A stretch of DNA of 32,234 nucleotides. Source: a virus. Taxonomy: Duplodnaviria > Caudoviricetes. The stretch spans positions 1 through 32,234 of the IMG/VR virus record IMGVR_UViG_3300045967_000066, one strand, 5' to 3'. The notes below the pieces were generated by a model that worked only from the letters and a program-made list of their open reading frames with translations, was not told the DNA's origin and did no database searches. The position numbers and the translations under genes are program-made. This document shows positions 18,614 through 27,848 of the stretch, piece by piece (position 1 is the first letter of the stretch; every line of letters begins with the position of its first letter).

Positions 18614-19804
18614 GTGCCGGCAGCAGTAGCGATTCCGGCGGCGATCTCGGCCGGAAGTTCGATCATCGGCGGGGTCCTGGGCTCTCGAGCAGCCAAGAGC
18701 GCAGCACAGATCCAGCAGGAGGAGGCGCAGCGCCAGGCTCAGGGGTTCCGCGACGTCACAGCCGAGTACAACCCGCGTATCCAGGCGACGGCCGAGCAGG
18801 CGCGTCAGGATGTGCTCAACGCGGCAAACACGGCAGGAACAAACCTGACCGGAGTCGCTCGAGATGCGGCCGGGAATCTGGTCGACGTCGCCGAGCGCGG
18901 CGCGACCGGGATCACCGGCGCGGCCACCGAGGCCAACCAGTACCTCGAGCCATACCTTGGCGTGGGAACACAGGCCGCCAAGAGCATGGCGGAATTCATG
19001 GGACCGGGAGGCGCAGGAACCAAGGACTTCACCTACGAGGACATGAAGAAGTTCGACCCGGGCTACCAGTTCCGGCTCGACCAGGCGAACCGGGCGCTGG
19101 CGGGATCGGCGGCAGCGCGTGGGGGAGCGCTCGGAGGGGGCGCCTTGAAGGCCGCAATGAATCTCTCGCAGAACATGGCTGCGAGCGAGTATGGCGCGGC
19201 CTTCGACCGCTTTAGAAGCCAGCAGAACGACCGATTCAGCCGGTTCGGCAACTTGATGGATATGGGGGTTCGCACCGGCGCTCTCGCCGGCGGAAATCTG
19301 ATGACTGCGGCGCAGCAGGCCGCAGCGATGCGAACGGGAGCGGCTCAGACCGCAGGCGGGTGGAACATCGGGGCGAACCAGACCGCGGGAGGCTGGAATG
19401 TTGGCGCCGCGGAGTACGGCGGGAATGCCATGCAGAATGCGATGGCGCAGCAGTCAGCCAACGCCTTCAACTCGCAGCGGTCGATCGCGGATCTGATGAC
19501 GAGCGGAGCAGCGGCCCAAGCGGCCGGGAAGATAGGCTCGGCGAATGCATGGTCCGGGATGCTCGGGGGGATCGCCGGCGCGGCCAACCAGGTCGGGGGC
19601 TACTACCAGCAGAAGCAGCTCCTGAACGACTACATGACACCCGGGGGATTCACGCCATACGCCGCGGCGTCGAAGACGTACTACCCGCAGCCATCGACGT
19701 ACATGCCGAATCCCGGGATGCCGGCCTATCGCGGGCCCGGGTACGGAGACCTCTACGGGGCGGGATCAATAGCGCCGCCCCCACGCCCCCCGTATATCTA
19801 CTAA
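18614..19804 (+). CDS. Ejection/DNA-transfer protein (gp7-like)
   Basis: G/A-rich; AAKSAAQIQ, LEPYL..G, DPGYQFRLDQ..RAL..SAAARGG.L.G. Confidence 0.85.
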   Translation: MPAAVAIPAAISAGSSIIGGVLGSRAAKSAAQIQQEEAQRQAQGFRDVTAEYNPRIQATAEQARQDVLNAANTAGTNLTGVARDAAGNLVDVAERGATGITGAATEANQYLEPYLGVGTQAAKSMAEFMGPGGAGTKDFTYEDMKKFDPGYQFRLDQANRALAGSAAARGGALGGGALKAAMNLSQNMAASEYGAAFDRFRSQQNDRFSRFGNLMDMGVRTGALAGGNLMTAAQQAAAMRTGAAQTAGGWNIGANQTAGGWNVGAAEYGGNAMQNAMAQQSANAFNSQRSIADLMTSGAAAQAAGKIGSANAWSGMLGGIAGAANQVGGYYQQKQLLNDYMTPGGFTPYAAASKTYYPQPSTYMPNPGMPAYRGPGYGDLYGAGSIAPPPRPPYIY

Positions 19805-19814
19805 AGCGGAGGAA

Positions 19815-20003
19815 GTGATGCCCATTCTGACTCTGATTTTGGTGCTGGTGATTGTGGGAGTGCTGCTCTGGCTGATCAATACCTATGTGCCGATGCAGCA
19901 GGCCGTGAAGACGATTCTAAACGTGGTGGTCATCCTGGTGCTGATCCTCTGGCTCTTGAGTGCGTTATTCCCGGGGTTGACCGACATTCGGGTGGGGAAG
20001 TAA
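19815..20003 (+). CDS. Small two-TM membrane protein (Thivi_2564-like)
   Basis: LILVLVIVGVLLWLINTYVPM...KTILNVVVILVLILWLL; SD ggagg. Confidence 0.8.
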   Translation: MMPILTLILVLVIVGVLLWLINTYVPMQQAVKTILNVVVILVLILWLLSALFPGLTDIRVGK

Positions 20004-21365
20004 ATGGCTCTGAATCCGGAAATCAGCCTCGGAGTCCGCGTCCCGCAGATCAACCTCGACATCCCTTCGCCCATCCAGCAGTTCGGGCAGATGCTCACCT
20101 TGCGCCAGTTGATGGACACGCAGCAGATCCGCAAGATGGAGATGGAACAGGAGCGGATGAAGCTGGACGCTCTGCGCGAGGCGAATGCCGGCCAGATGGA
20201 GTTCCGGCGCCGCATGACAGCCGGCGAAGATCTCACGGCCGGGCAGACGGTGGGGATCTTGGGGCCGAAGACCGGCGTCGAGTACCTGAAGACCCAGCAG
20301 GAGATCGCAGAGAAGAACTTCGACCGGCAATCGAAGATCTACGGTGAGATGTATCAACTCCTCGGCACGGCAAAGGACACGAAGAGTTGGAACAATGCCG
20401 TGATCCAGGCGCACGGGCGAGGCCTGGTCTCACCGGAACAGGCGCGGCAATATATCGAGCAGGGCTACGATGCCGGGAACGTCCAGCAGCACCTGCTCTT
20501 CGCGATGAAGGGTAAGGAACAGGCGGATTATGGTCTGGCCCAATCCAGAGCCAAGAGGGAGGCCGAAGAATCCGCGGCGCGTGTGGCGAGCGAGCAAGCG
20601 CAGGAACGTCTCCGCGGGCTCGAGCAAGCGGCTCTCACGGTTCCGGACGATCCCGCGGCATGGGCTGAGTGGCGGGCGAAAATGCCGCCGTCTGTGCAAC
20701 CGCTGATACCCCTGAACCACTCTCCAGCCGGCTATCAGCTAGTCAGGCAGTATGGGCTCAAGCCGACGCAGGCCGTCCCGGGACGCGACGTGGCGTATCC
20801 GCCCGAGGTGCAGGCGCAGAGGGTCGAAGAGGCCCAGGCGCTGGCGGGGGCACGCGTCAACGTCCTACAATCGCCCGAGAAAATCCAGCAGGATCTCGAC
20901 ATCAAGAAGCGAGAACTCGAACTACAGAACCAGACCAATATCAGTAAGGCAATGAGCGGGGATGCCGCCAAGGTGTACTCGATCGCCAGCAATCTCCAGC
21001 CGGGCCTCGAGCAGCTCCGTCAGGCCTTCAAGAAGGACTACGGCGGCGCCCTGCGCGGTATCGTTCTGGGCACCGATCCGGAGCTTGCCAAATTGGCCGC
21101 CAACGTCGCGGACCAGGTCGGGCGCCTGCGTTCGGGCGGTGCGGTGAATCCGAGCGAGGAGAAGCGCTTCATGGATCAGATCGCCAGCAGGTCCGATCTG
21201 GTGGTAGGGCGTCTCGACGCGGCGCTCGCGGCGCTCGATCGTTACAGCTCGGAGGCCAAGAGCGTCAGTGACAACCTGAGACCCGGCGGACCCTCCCCCA
21301 CAGTGACCGACAAACCGGCGACACATAAGTACAATCCGGCGACCGGCAGGATCGAGGCCAAATAA
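20004..21365 (+). CDS. Ejection protein (gp20-like position)
   Basis: MALNPEISLG start, Q/A-rich helical composition, position in operon. Confidence 0.7.
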   Translation: MALNPEISLGVRVPQINLDIPSPIQQFGQMLTLRQLMDTQQIRKMEMEQERMKLDALREANAGQMEFRRRMTAGEDLTAGQTVGILGPKTGVEYLKTQQEIAEKNFDRQSKIYGEMYQLLGTAKDTKSWNNAVIQAHGRGLVSPEQARQYIEQGYDAGNVQQHLLFAMKGKEQADYGLAQSRAKREAEESAARVASEQAQERLRGLEQAALTVPDDPAAWAEWRAKMPPSVQPLIPLNHSPAGYQLVRQYGLKPTQAVPGRDVAYPPEVQAQRVEEAQALAGARVNVLQSPEKIQQDLDIKKRELELQNQTNISKAMSGDAAKVYSIASNLQPGLEQLRQAFKKDYGGALRGIVLGTDPELAKLAANVADQVGRLRSGGAVNPSEEKRFMDQIASRSDLVVGRLDAALAALDRYSSEAKSVSDNLRPGGPSPTVTDKPATHKYNPATGRIEAK

Positions 21366-23743
21366 TGCCTGCGAAGATCGTGGAGATTCCAGGGGTCGGC
21401 AACGTCGAATTTCCCGATTCGATGAGCGATGAGCAGATCGGGGCGGCAATCCGCAGTGCCGCGACATCGGCAGCGAAGCCCCAAACCTGGGCGCAACGCC
21501 TCGGATTCACCGACCCTCGAGTCACCGGAATGCTGGACTTGGCTGAGGGCATGGCGGCCGGCGCAGCGAGCACGGTATATCACGGGGGGGATCTCGTGCG
21601 GCGGCTCACGGGCGAGGAGCGGATCATTGACCGCCCGGAAGTCCAGCGGGCCATGACGGCCCCGCCTTCACCAATGGGCACGGTCGGCAAGGTCGGAGAG
21701 CAGATCGCAGAAGCGGTGATTCCCGGGACGGCCCTCACCAAAGGCCTGAAGGGGGCTCCGCTGCTCACACGCATCGGAGCAGAGGCGGCGCTCGGTGGAG
21801 GGCAGGCCGCACTGCAGACGGGTGGGGATCCTTTCGCGACAGGCTTGGGCGTGGTGACTGGCGGGGCGGGGGCAGGACTGGGCGGCTACCTGGAACGACG
21901 CGCCGCGGCCGCGGCCCTGACGCCGGCTGATGCGGCCGGCCTCGATTACCTTGCAAAGAGGGGAGCGGTAGTTCCGGCGGGTGTGCGCACCGGATCGCCC
22001 TACGTGCGGGCTCTCGAGAAGATCAGCGCATACACTCCGTTCGGCGCAATGGTGGCGAGGACCGCTTCCCGCCGGACAGAGCAGGCCCTGAGCCGCAGTG
22101 CCCAGCAGCTCCTGGAACAGGCGCATCTCACCCCGGTGACGGCCGAAGAAGCAGGGGCGGGATTGCAGACCGCCATGCAGGGGCGGGCCGGCGCGGTCAC
22201 TGAAGCCGAGCAGGCCGGCAAGGAATGGCTCGCCAAGCAGGTGCATCCCGTCCCGGTGACGGCAGAGCAGGCTGGAGCCGGGGTTGGGGAGGCTCTCACA
22301 ACGAGCGCGAAGCAGTCCAAGGCGGCAGCCGATACGGCATACGACGTCTTCCGGAAGGCCGAAGCGGACCCGTGGAACGTGCGGAGCGTCCAAACCGGGA
22401 CGCGGGAGCTCAAGGACGGGACGGTCGAAGCGATCATGGAAGATGTCGCCATGCCGGTCGACATCCGGTTCGTGAAGAAGCAGTTGAAACCGGTCTACGA
22501 CCGCATCCGGCGTTCCTGGTCACAAACCCAAAAGGACGCTTCGGCGGCATTGCCTACGCTCAAGAGCATCATGGATGACGCCGATCACATACCGGCCACC
22601 CTGGCGGAAGAGAACCTCGGCCCGCTGAAGGAGCTGCTGCGAGAGATCGATGATGGACAAAGCTCATCAATCCTGAAGCTGACAGTGAAGCAGCTCCAGA
22701 AGGAGATCGATGACGCTGCCTACCAGGCCGGGGAAGGGGTGCTCGAGTCTCTGAAGGCCGGGCGTCTGGCCCGCTTCCATCAGGGACGGACGGAGCGGGT
22801 AGCCGAGAAGGTCCTCGGCCGTGGATTCAACAAGGCGGAATCCGTGGTCGAACCCGTCAAGGCATACGGAAAACTGATCATGCCGGGGGACCAGAACATC
22901 AACCTCCTGCGGAGGCTGGCGCAGGAGACTCCCGGGGAACTCACTAAGATCGGGCGGGCGTTGGTGGACGACCTCTGGCAGAAGGCCCTGGACGCGGACA
23001 GCTTCGGGGCGGCGCGGAACACCTGGCGGAAGTTGGGGCCGGAAACCAAGAAGCTGATACTGGGCAACAAGCCGGAATTGGGGCGGGCTCTCGACGGAAT
23101 GTTTGAGCAAGCCGGCGAGGGAGCCGAGGCGATCGGGAAGCTGGCCACCACTTCGCCGGTCGGGACCGCAAGCCGGCTGACATTCGGCAACGATCAGAAC
23201 ATTCACCTCCTGCGTCAGGTAGCCAAGGAAGCCCCGGAAGAGATGCCGAGGCTCGGGCGAGCCACCCTCGAGAACGTCTTCAAAAAGGCGACCGAGGGCG
23301 GCGGATTCACGCTGAACCGGGCGGCCGGGATGTTCGCCGACTGGCGCACCCTCGGGGATGAAACCAAGAAGATCCTCTTCAAGGACCCGCAACTGCGGGC
23401 AGAGTTGGACGAGTTCTTCCTGGGGATCAAGAAGCTCGCCGAGAACCCGAACCCCTCAGGCAGCGCATTGGTCGCCGTCGCGGCCGGCACGCCGGGGCTG
23501 CTCCTGGCGGACCCGATCGGCGGCTCGGCATACGTCCTCGGCATGGGTGCGTTGGCAAAGATGCTGTACTCGCCGGGATTCGCCCGGAAGTTGACTCAAG
23601 CAATGGACACGCCGCTCACGCAGAGCGCCAGAGCTTCAGGATTATTCCGGCATATCATGCGTTCGATCCCCACGCAGGCATTGACCCCGGCGCCGAAGCA
23701 GGGCGAGAGACCTCCGCTCTCCAGTTTCGACAGGAGCAGGTGA
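21365..23743 (+). CDS. Large ejection protein with internal duplications
   Basis: N-terminal VEFPDSMSDEQI module, Gly-zipper segments, two pairs of repeats. Confidence 0.72.
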   Translation: MPAKIVEIPGVGNVEFPDSMSDEQIGAAIRSAATSAAKPQTWAQRLGFTDPRVTGMLDLAEGMAAGAASTVYHGGDLVRRLTGEERIIDRPEVQRAMTAPPSPMGTVGKVGEQIAEAVIPGTALTKGLKGAPLLTRIGAEAALGGGQAALQTGGDPFATGLGVVTGGAGAGLGGYLERRAAAAALTPADAAGLDYLAKRGAVVPAGVRTGSPYVRALEKISAYTPFGAMVARTASRRTEQALSRSAQQLLEQAHLTPVTAEEAGAGLQTAMQGRAGAVTEAEQAGKEWLAKQVHPVPVTAEQAGAGVGEALTTSAKQSKAAADTAYDVFRKAEADPWNVRSVQTGTRELKDGTVEAIMEDVAMPVDIRFVKKQLKPVYDRIRRSWSQTQKDASAALPTLKSIMDDADHIPATLAEENLGPLKELLREIDDGQSSSILKLTVKQLQKEIDDAAYQAGEGVLESLKAGRLARFHQGRTERVAEKVLGRGFNKAESVVEPVKAYGKLIMPGDQNINLLRRLAQETPGELTKIGRALVDDLWQKALDADSFGAARNTWRKLGPETKKLILGNKPELGRALDGMFEQAGEGAEAIGKLATTSPVGTASRLTFGNDQNIHLLRQVAKEAPEEMPRLGRATLENVFKKATEGGGFTLNRAAGMFADWRTLGDETKKILFKDPQLRAELDEFFLGIKKLAENPNPSGSALVAVAAGTPGLLLADPIGGSAYVLGMGALAKMLYSPGFARKLTQAMDTPLTQSARASGLFRHIMRSIPTQALTPAPKQGERPPLSSFDRSR

Positions 23744-25257
23744 TGGCAGACTTCGACATTGAGGGCGCTCGGTTGGCAGGTTGGTCAGACGCACAGATCG
23801 AGCAGTACCTTTTGTTGCAGAAGCGCCTGCCGCCGCGGGACGCCCGGGCGATGCTCGGACCAGTGCAGAGAGCGCTAGCTGCAAGCGAGCAGACTCCACC
23901 CAGCGCATGGGACCAGCTAGTTGGCGGCGCGTTGGGATGGGGCATCAATGCGCTCAGCGACCTCGGCGCATCATACATGCCAGATTCGACAATTCCGCAA
24001 CAGGTGGAAGCGTGGCGAAGGCGCGAGCAGCAGGCGCAACTCCCACCAGGACCTCCGACATTCGGCTCTCTGTTCGATCTGCGGCCGACACCGGCACGTC
24101 CGCTCATTCACCAGGATGACCCGCGACTGGTCGATGCAGCTCTCGGGAAAGCGGCCGGTATCGCTATGAAGTCGGCGCTACCGCTCGTCTTGGGCTTGGT
24201 CGGTGGAGCGCAAGGGATGCCTTTGGCCGCAACAGAAGCATTACTCGCGCCGTTCGACAATCCGGATCCGAGGGTGATGCAGGGGGTGCTGGGGTGGCGG
24301 CCGGGAATGAAACTCGCAGAGATCGATCCAGCCATCAAGAACTTCATCCCGAAGGCCGGCAAAAGGCTGGAGGTGCCAGACGCGCAGCGTTATATGCAGG
24401 AGATGGTGCGGAGACACTTAGGCGAGATTCCCGATTCAGCTCCGGACCATATCAAGATGCGGCGTCTGATGAACCTCGGCCGCAAGGAATTCGCGGACCA
24501 ACTGACCCAGCCCTACAGCGGCATCGACTGGTATGGGCCTGACACTGCATTGGGCGACCAGCTTCTGCGAACGGTTTATCCGGAGTTGGAAGACCCGGTG
24601 AAGGACACTGTGCAGAAGGCCATGAGTTCGACCATGAGCAACAACTCAAACCCGCGGGCCGAGGCCTTCAACGGCGCCCGGATTTGGATGCCGTACCGCG
24701 CCGAGGGCCGATTCCCGATCACTCAACCATCGGGAAGGTTCTGGCCGGCGCAAGGGGTCACCAGCCAGATCCTGAAGCTAAACCGAATGCTAAATGAGTT
24801 GGGAGAGAAGGGCGTTGCAGATTTTCTCAAGTCTCACGTGAGTGGACGAGATATCAAGTACTTCGTTCCGAACGCTAAGGAAATTCGTTTAGGCGAACTG
24901 TACCGTGGCAGCAGAGTATTAGGGCCAAAGATCGGGCCATATTTCAATGAGGTGATGGGCTGGCCCCAACCGGAGACGGTGGTCGATGTATGGATGATGC
25001 GCCAGAACCGGCGGCGGCTGGGGGGACTATTCGATGCTCACGGAAACGCGATTGAGGCCCCTCGCACGGAAGGCGAGCGCTTGCTTCAGATGAACGTAGA
25101 CCGGCGGCTAGCACTTGAGCATGGGATCGAGCCGAGGGATTCCCAGAGCGTGGGATGGCACTACGAACAGGAACTGTACCGGAGGCTGGGGCTGCCAACT
25201 AAAAGCTTTAAGCGGTCGGACGGGATCCAGGACTTCCTACGATCGCCTACCAAGTGA
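23740..25257 (+). CDS. Ejection-type protein with C-terminal putative HhH-glycosylase-like effector domain
   Basis: FDIEGARLAGWSDAQI N-module; DWY, LGPKIGPYF, VVDVWMMR, QSVGW motifs. Confidence 0.6.
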   Translation: MMADFDIEGARLAGWSDAQIEQYLLLQKRLPPRDARAMLGPVQRALAASEQTPPSAWDQLVGGALGWGINALSDLGASYMPDSTIPQQVEAWRRREQQAQLPPGPPTFGSLFDLRPTPARPLIHQDDPRLVDAALGKAAGIAMKSALPLVLGLVGGAQGMPLAATEALLAPFDNPDPRVMQGVLGWRPGMKLAEIDPAIKNFIPKAGKRLEVPDAQRYMQEMVRRHLGEIPDSAPDHIKMRRLMNLGRKEFADQLTQPYSGIDWYGPDTALGDQLLRTVYPELEDPVKDTVQKAMSSTMSNNSNPRAEAFNGARIWMPYRAEGRFPITQPSGRFWPAQGVTSQILKLNRMLNELGEKGVADFLKSHVSGRDIKYFVPNAKEIRLGELYRGSRVLGPKIGPYFNEVMGWPQPETVVDVWMMRQNRRRLGGLFDAHGNAIEAPRTEGERLLQMNVDRRLALEHGIEPRDSQSVGWHYEQELYRRLGLPTKSFKRSDGIQDFLRSPTK

Positions 25258-25482
25258 GTATCGGGCTGTAAAGTCTTCGCCACGGGCGAGACGTTGGTAT
25301 TCGGCTTCGACTTCTTCGCGGGCCTCGCGCACAATATCCCCGAATGTGAGTTTGTCGGTGTCGCCAGCCTTCTCGTGCCTATGACGGACGCGGGTCATGG
25401 CTTGTTCCAGCACGATCGGATTCTCCCTGAACTGTTCCAGAGTGATGCCGCCGTCTAATACGAACTCTTCCTCACTGGGCAT
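25237..25482 (-). CDS. Small acidic protein convergent on the effector gene (possibly leaderless)
   Basis: TAAAAT 8 nt before the ATG; 3' ends overlap by 21 nt. Confidence 0.65.
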   Translation of the reverse strand: MPSEEEFVLDGGITLEQFRENPIVLEQAMTRVRHRHEKAGDTDKLTFGDIVREAREEVEAEYQRLARGEDFTARYSLGRRS

Positions 25483-25496
25483 ACAGAATCATTTTA

Positions 25497-25519
25497 ACAG
25501 GCTCACCAGGTGAGCCACC
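25497..25519 (+). repeat. 23-bp direct repeat/hairpin copy 1 (GGCTCACC-A-GGTGAGCC)
   Basis: acaggctcaccaggtgagccacc; 21/23 identical to 25683-25705. Confidence 0.9.
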
Positions 25520-25528
25520 AGAGGTGAT

Positions 25529-25609
25529 ATGGCAGAACGGTCCTACAGCCTGACAGGAACATTCAACGAGGCGGCAGACGGGAAGCTGAACCGCCAAGAA
25601 TGCCGATAG
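25529..25609 (+). pseudogene. Orphan 5' stub resembling the N-terminus of the 25725 protein
   Basis: SD gaggtg; SYSLTGTFNEAADGKL vs SLELTGSMAVDASGNF; same position after the hairpin repeat. Confidence 0.5.
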
Positions 25610-25682
25610 AAGCCGGCACGATGACACCGACCGAAGCGGAAGCGGCTTTCCAGCAACAGAAGGCAAAACGGAAAAAGTAGCC

Positions 25683-25705
25683 ACAGGCTCATCTGGTGAG
25701 CCACC
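25683..25705 (+). repeat. 23-bp direct repeat/hairpin copy 2
   Basis: acaggctcatctggtgagccacc. Confidence 0.9.
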
Positions 25706-25724
25706 CAAACCAGGAGAGTATCGG

Positions 25725-26936
25725 ATGTTCCCAAAAGGCAGCAACTCACTCGAGTTGACCGGCTCGATGGCGGTAGATGCCTCTGGCAATTTCACCCTGC
25801 AACTGCAAGGGGCCGGCGCTACCCCGCCGGATCCCGAGCCTCCGGACCCGGAGCCCCCGCCGGTCGACGTCATCAAGGTGACCGCCACAGGAGGCGACGA
25901 CACCCAGCTCCTCCAGGCGAAGCTCAACGAGATCCCGGCCGGGTACGCGCTCATGTTGTCCGGGATGTTCAAGGTCTCAAACACACTCTGGCTCGACGGA
26001 GCGGACAAGACGGTGATGGGGGATCCGGACGAGAAGAGCGGGCTACGGCCGAGCGGCGACAACTTCACCGGGCACTACGGCGCCCTGCTGTGTACGACGC
26101 CCGGCACGATGCGGTGCCGGCTGCTCGACCTCGAGTTCGACGGCCAGAACCAGGCGCGGGAGATGGTGTTCTTCGACGGCGGAACGGACAACCGCATCGA
26201 GGGGTGCTGGCTGCATGACATCGCCTTCAACCCGACCGGGCCGCCCTGCGCGGCGATCCACTCGCAGTCCACCGTCAACCTCCGGGTGCTGCGAAACCGG
26301 GTGGAGCGCACGGGAGGGGCAGACGGGATAGAGGGAGTCCGCGGCATCTGGGTGCCGGGCTCTCGAGGCACGGTGGTCGTTGGGAATCACGTGAGCGACA
26401 CCGGGCACACGTGCATCGCCGTCGAAGGGCAGAACGCCGTCATCACCGACAACGTGTGCGAGAACTCGCTGGTGCAGGGCACAGGGATGAAAGTCTGCTA
26501 CCGGGGCAGTGGCGTCTACCGCCGCCGGTCGGTCCCGAAGAATGCGCCGGCCGTGATTCTATTCGCACGGAACGAAATCCGCGGGACAGTGGGCGCAGGC
26601 CTCATGTTGGAGAACTGCGCGAGCGTGGCGGTCCTGGTGACGCACTGCGTATTCACTGACTGCGGCCGCCCGGGGACGACGTTCGGCGCGGTGTACACCA
26701 CGAGCTACGCCAACGGCATAACCATCCAGGGGAACCGCTTCGAGAATTGCCAGAGCGTGGGGGCCGCCCGGCATCTCCACTCGTCTCTGTTTCAGGACAA
26801 CCAGCTCACCAGCGGAACCAATCCCATCCTCTACCTCGAGGACGACTGCCACGAGATCACCGTGGACGACTCGGGCCAGGTCGACGTGGGAACGAACTGC
26901 TCACAGATCACAGTCGATGGCGTGGTGGTGGCATGA
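25725..26936 (+). CDS. Right-handed parallel beta-helix protein (second depolymerase-like protein)
   Basis: PPDPEPPDPEPPP linker, GGDDTQLLQAKLN, FDG, repeated xxxNxx strands. Confidence 0.8.
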   Translation: MFPKGSNSLELTGSMAVDASGNFTLQLQGAGATPPDPEPPDPEPPPVDVIKVTATGGDDTQLLQAKLNEIPAGYALMLSGMFKVSNTLWLDGADKTVMGDPDEKSGLRPSGDNFTGHYGALLCTTPGTMRCRLLDLEFDGQNQAREMVFFDGGTDNRIEGCWLHDIAFNPTGPPCAAIHSQSTVNLRVLRNRVERTGGADGIEGVRGIWVPGSRGTVVVGNHVSDTGHTCIAVEGQNAVITDNVCENSLVQGTGMKVCYRGSGVYRRRSVPKNAPAVILFARNEIRGTVGAGLMLENCASVAVLVTHCVFTDCGRPGTTFGAVYTTSYANGITIQGNRFENCQSVGAARHLHSSLFQDNQLTSGTNPILYLEDDCHEITVDDSGQVDVGTNCSQITVDGVVVA

Positions 26937-27265
26937 ACTGTTGCCGATGCGGCGGCGCAGTGCCGGTAGCCCGTCTGTGCGAGGCATGTCGACGCCGATA
27001 TAAGCGGGGGCTCCTCGGAGAGGTGGGCCAGGCTCTGACATTCCGGGAGTGGCAGGTCGTCGCCGGCATCGCAAATGGGAAGCTTAATAAAGAGATCGCC
27101 CATATGCTACGTCTGACCGAGGGCACGGTCAGGGTATATGTCAACCGCATCTTCCGCAAGGTCGGCGTGAACAACCGGACGCTGCTGGCGCGACGGTTCT
27201 GGGTGGGCCCACCTGTCCGCAGCGATGACGACATCGAACAGTACGCACACGCCGCGGCGGATTGA
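26933..27265 (+). CDS. Zn-ribbon plus LuxR-type HTH regulator
   Basis: CCRCG...CEAC then LTFREWQVV..IANGKLNKEIA..L.LTEGTVRVYV.RIFRKVGV.NR. Confidence 0.85.
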   Translation: MNCCRCGGAVPVARLCEACRRRYKRGLLGEVGQALTFREWQVVAGIANGKLNKEIAHMLRLTEGTVRVYVNRIFRKVGVNNRTLLARRFWVGPPVRSDDDIEQYAHAAAD

Positions 27266-27292
27266 ACTGATGCGGAGAGGACAGGCGAAGTA

Positions 27293-27481
27293 GTGGTGGC
27301 ATGGACAGAGACCGGCGCATGGGTGAGATGGCGCCAGGAGGGCACCATCTTTACGCTGCCGCTTGATGTGTACGTGGAGTTGATCAACCGGTCTCGAGAC
27401 TCGGCAGACTTTCATTGGGCCGTGCAACAGTGGCTGGGCCGGGAAGCGAAGCGGGCTGCCGCGGCGGGCGCGGGATCGTGA
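27293..27481 (+). CDS. Hypothetical protein
   Basis: Co-oriented ORF; start uncertain. Confidence 0.5.
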   Translation: MVAWTETGAWVRWRQEGTIFTLPLDVYVELINRSRDSADFHWAVQQWLGREAKRAAAAGAGS

Positions 27482-27482
27482 A

Positions 27483-27632
27483 TCACTTATCGCGTTGCTC
27501 GTCCACCTCTACCACGTTCCCCTGCTGGATCTGTTCCCGCGCCTCATTGTCAGGAAGGTCGATGGTCTCACCCTTCCGTTTCGGTTGCTGTTGGCCTTTC
27601 GGCGTGAATTCTTTCTGTACTTGAACTCGCAT
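27483..27632 (-). CDS. 49-aa protein MRVQVQKEFTPKG...GETIDLPDNEAREQIQQGNVVEV (not in ORF track)
   Basis: SD ggagga 7 nt upstream; coding-like composition. Confidence 0.65.
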   Translation of the reverse strand: MRVQVQKEFTPKGQQQPKRKGETIDLPDNEAREQIQQGNVVEVDEQRDK

Positions 27633-27692
27633 GGTATGGTCCTCCGCATGAGACAGGCCAATGGACGTGAGGAGACCGCGAAGGAGTAAAAC

Positions 27693-27776
27693 ATGTCACC
27701 GAAATCCGTTACAGTCGCGATCTACGCTCGAGTGAGCACGGACGATCAACGCTGCGATCTCATGATGTTAAACTAA
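27693..27776 (+). pseudogene. Orphan original 5' end of the serine recombinase
   Basis: SD aaggag; MSPKSVTVAIYARVSTDDQRCDL-MMLN* vs ...IALYARVSTSDQRCDL at 28480. Confidence 0.9.
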
Positions 27777-27848
27777 GCGGGTATTGATAGGCCCCGCGCT
27801 GCGGAAACAGCGTGAGGCCCGTACATGAAGGCCACTGGAGGGCCTCAC
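27766..27848 (+). promoter_or_regulatory. Endonuclease promoter (TGtTAAACT) and RBS-occluding stem
   Basis: gtgaggccc (27812-27820) pairs with gggcctcac (27840-27848), overlapping SD ggaggg and ending at ATG 27849. Confidence 0.6.

Noticed and set aside
19815-20003. Holin call for the two-TM protein
   Set aside because: There is no adjacent endolysin and it matches a generic small membrane family, so it is left unassigned.
2996-24649. Many long alternative-frame and antisense ORFs over the structural genes (e.g. 6843-7910, 10078-11055, 14783-15802)
   Set aside because: They are Arg/Pro/Ala-rich shadow ORFs expected in high-GC coding DNA, with no motifs.
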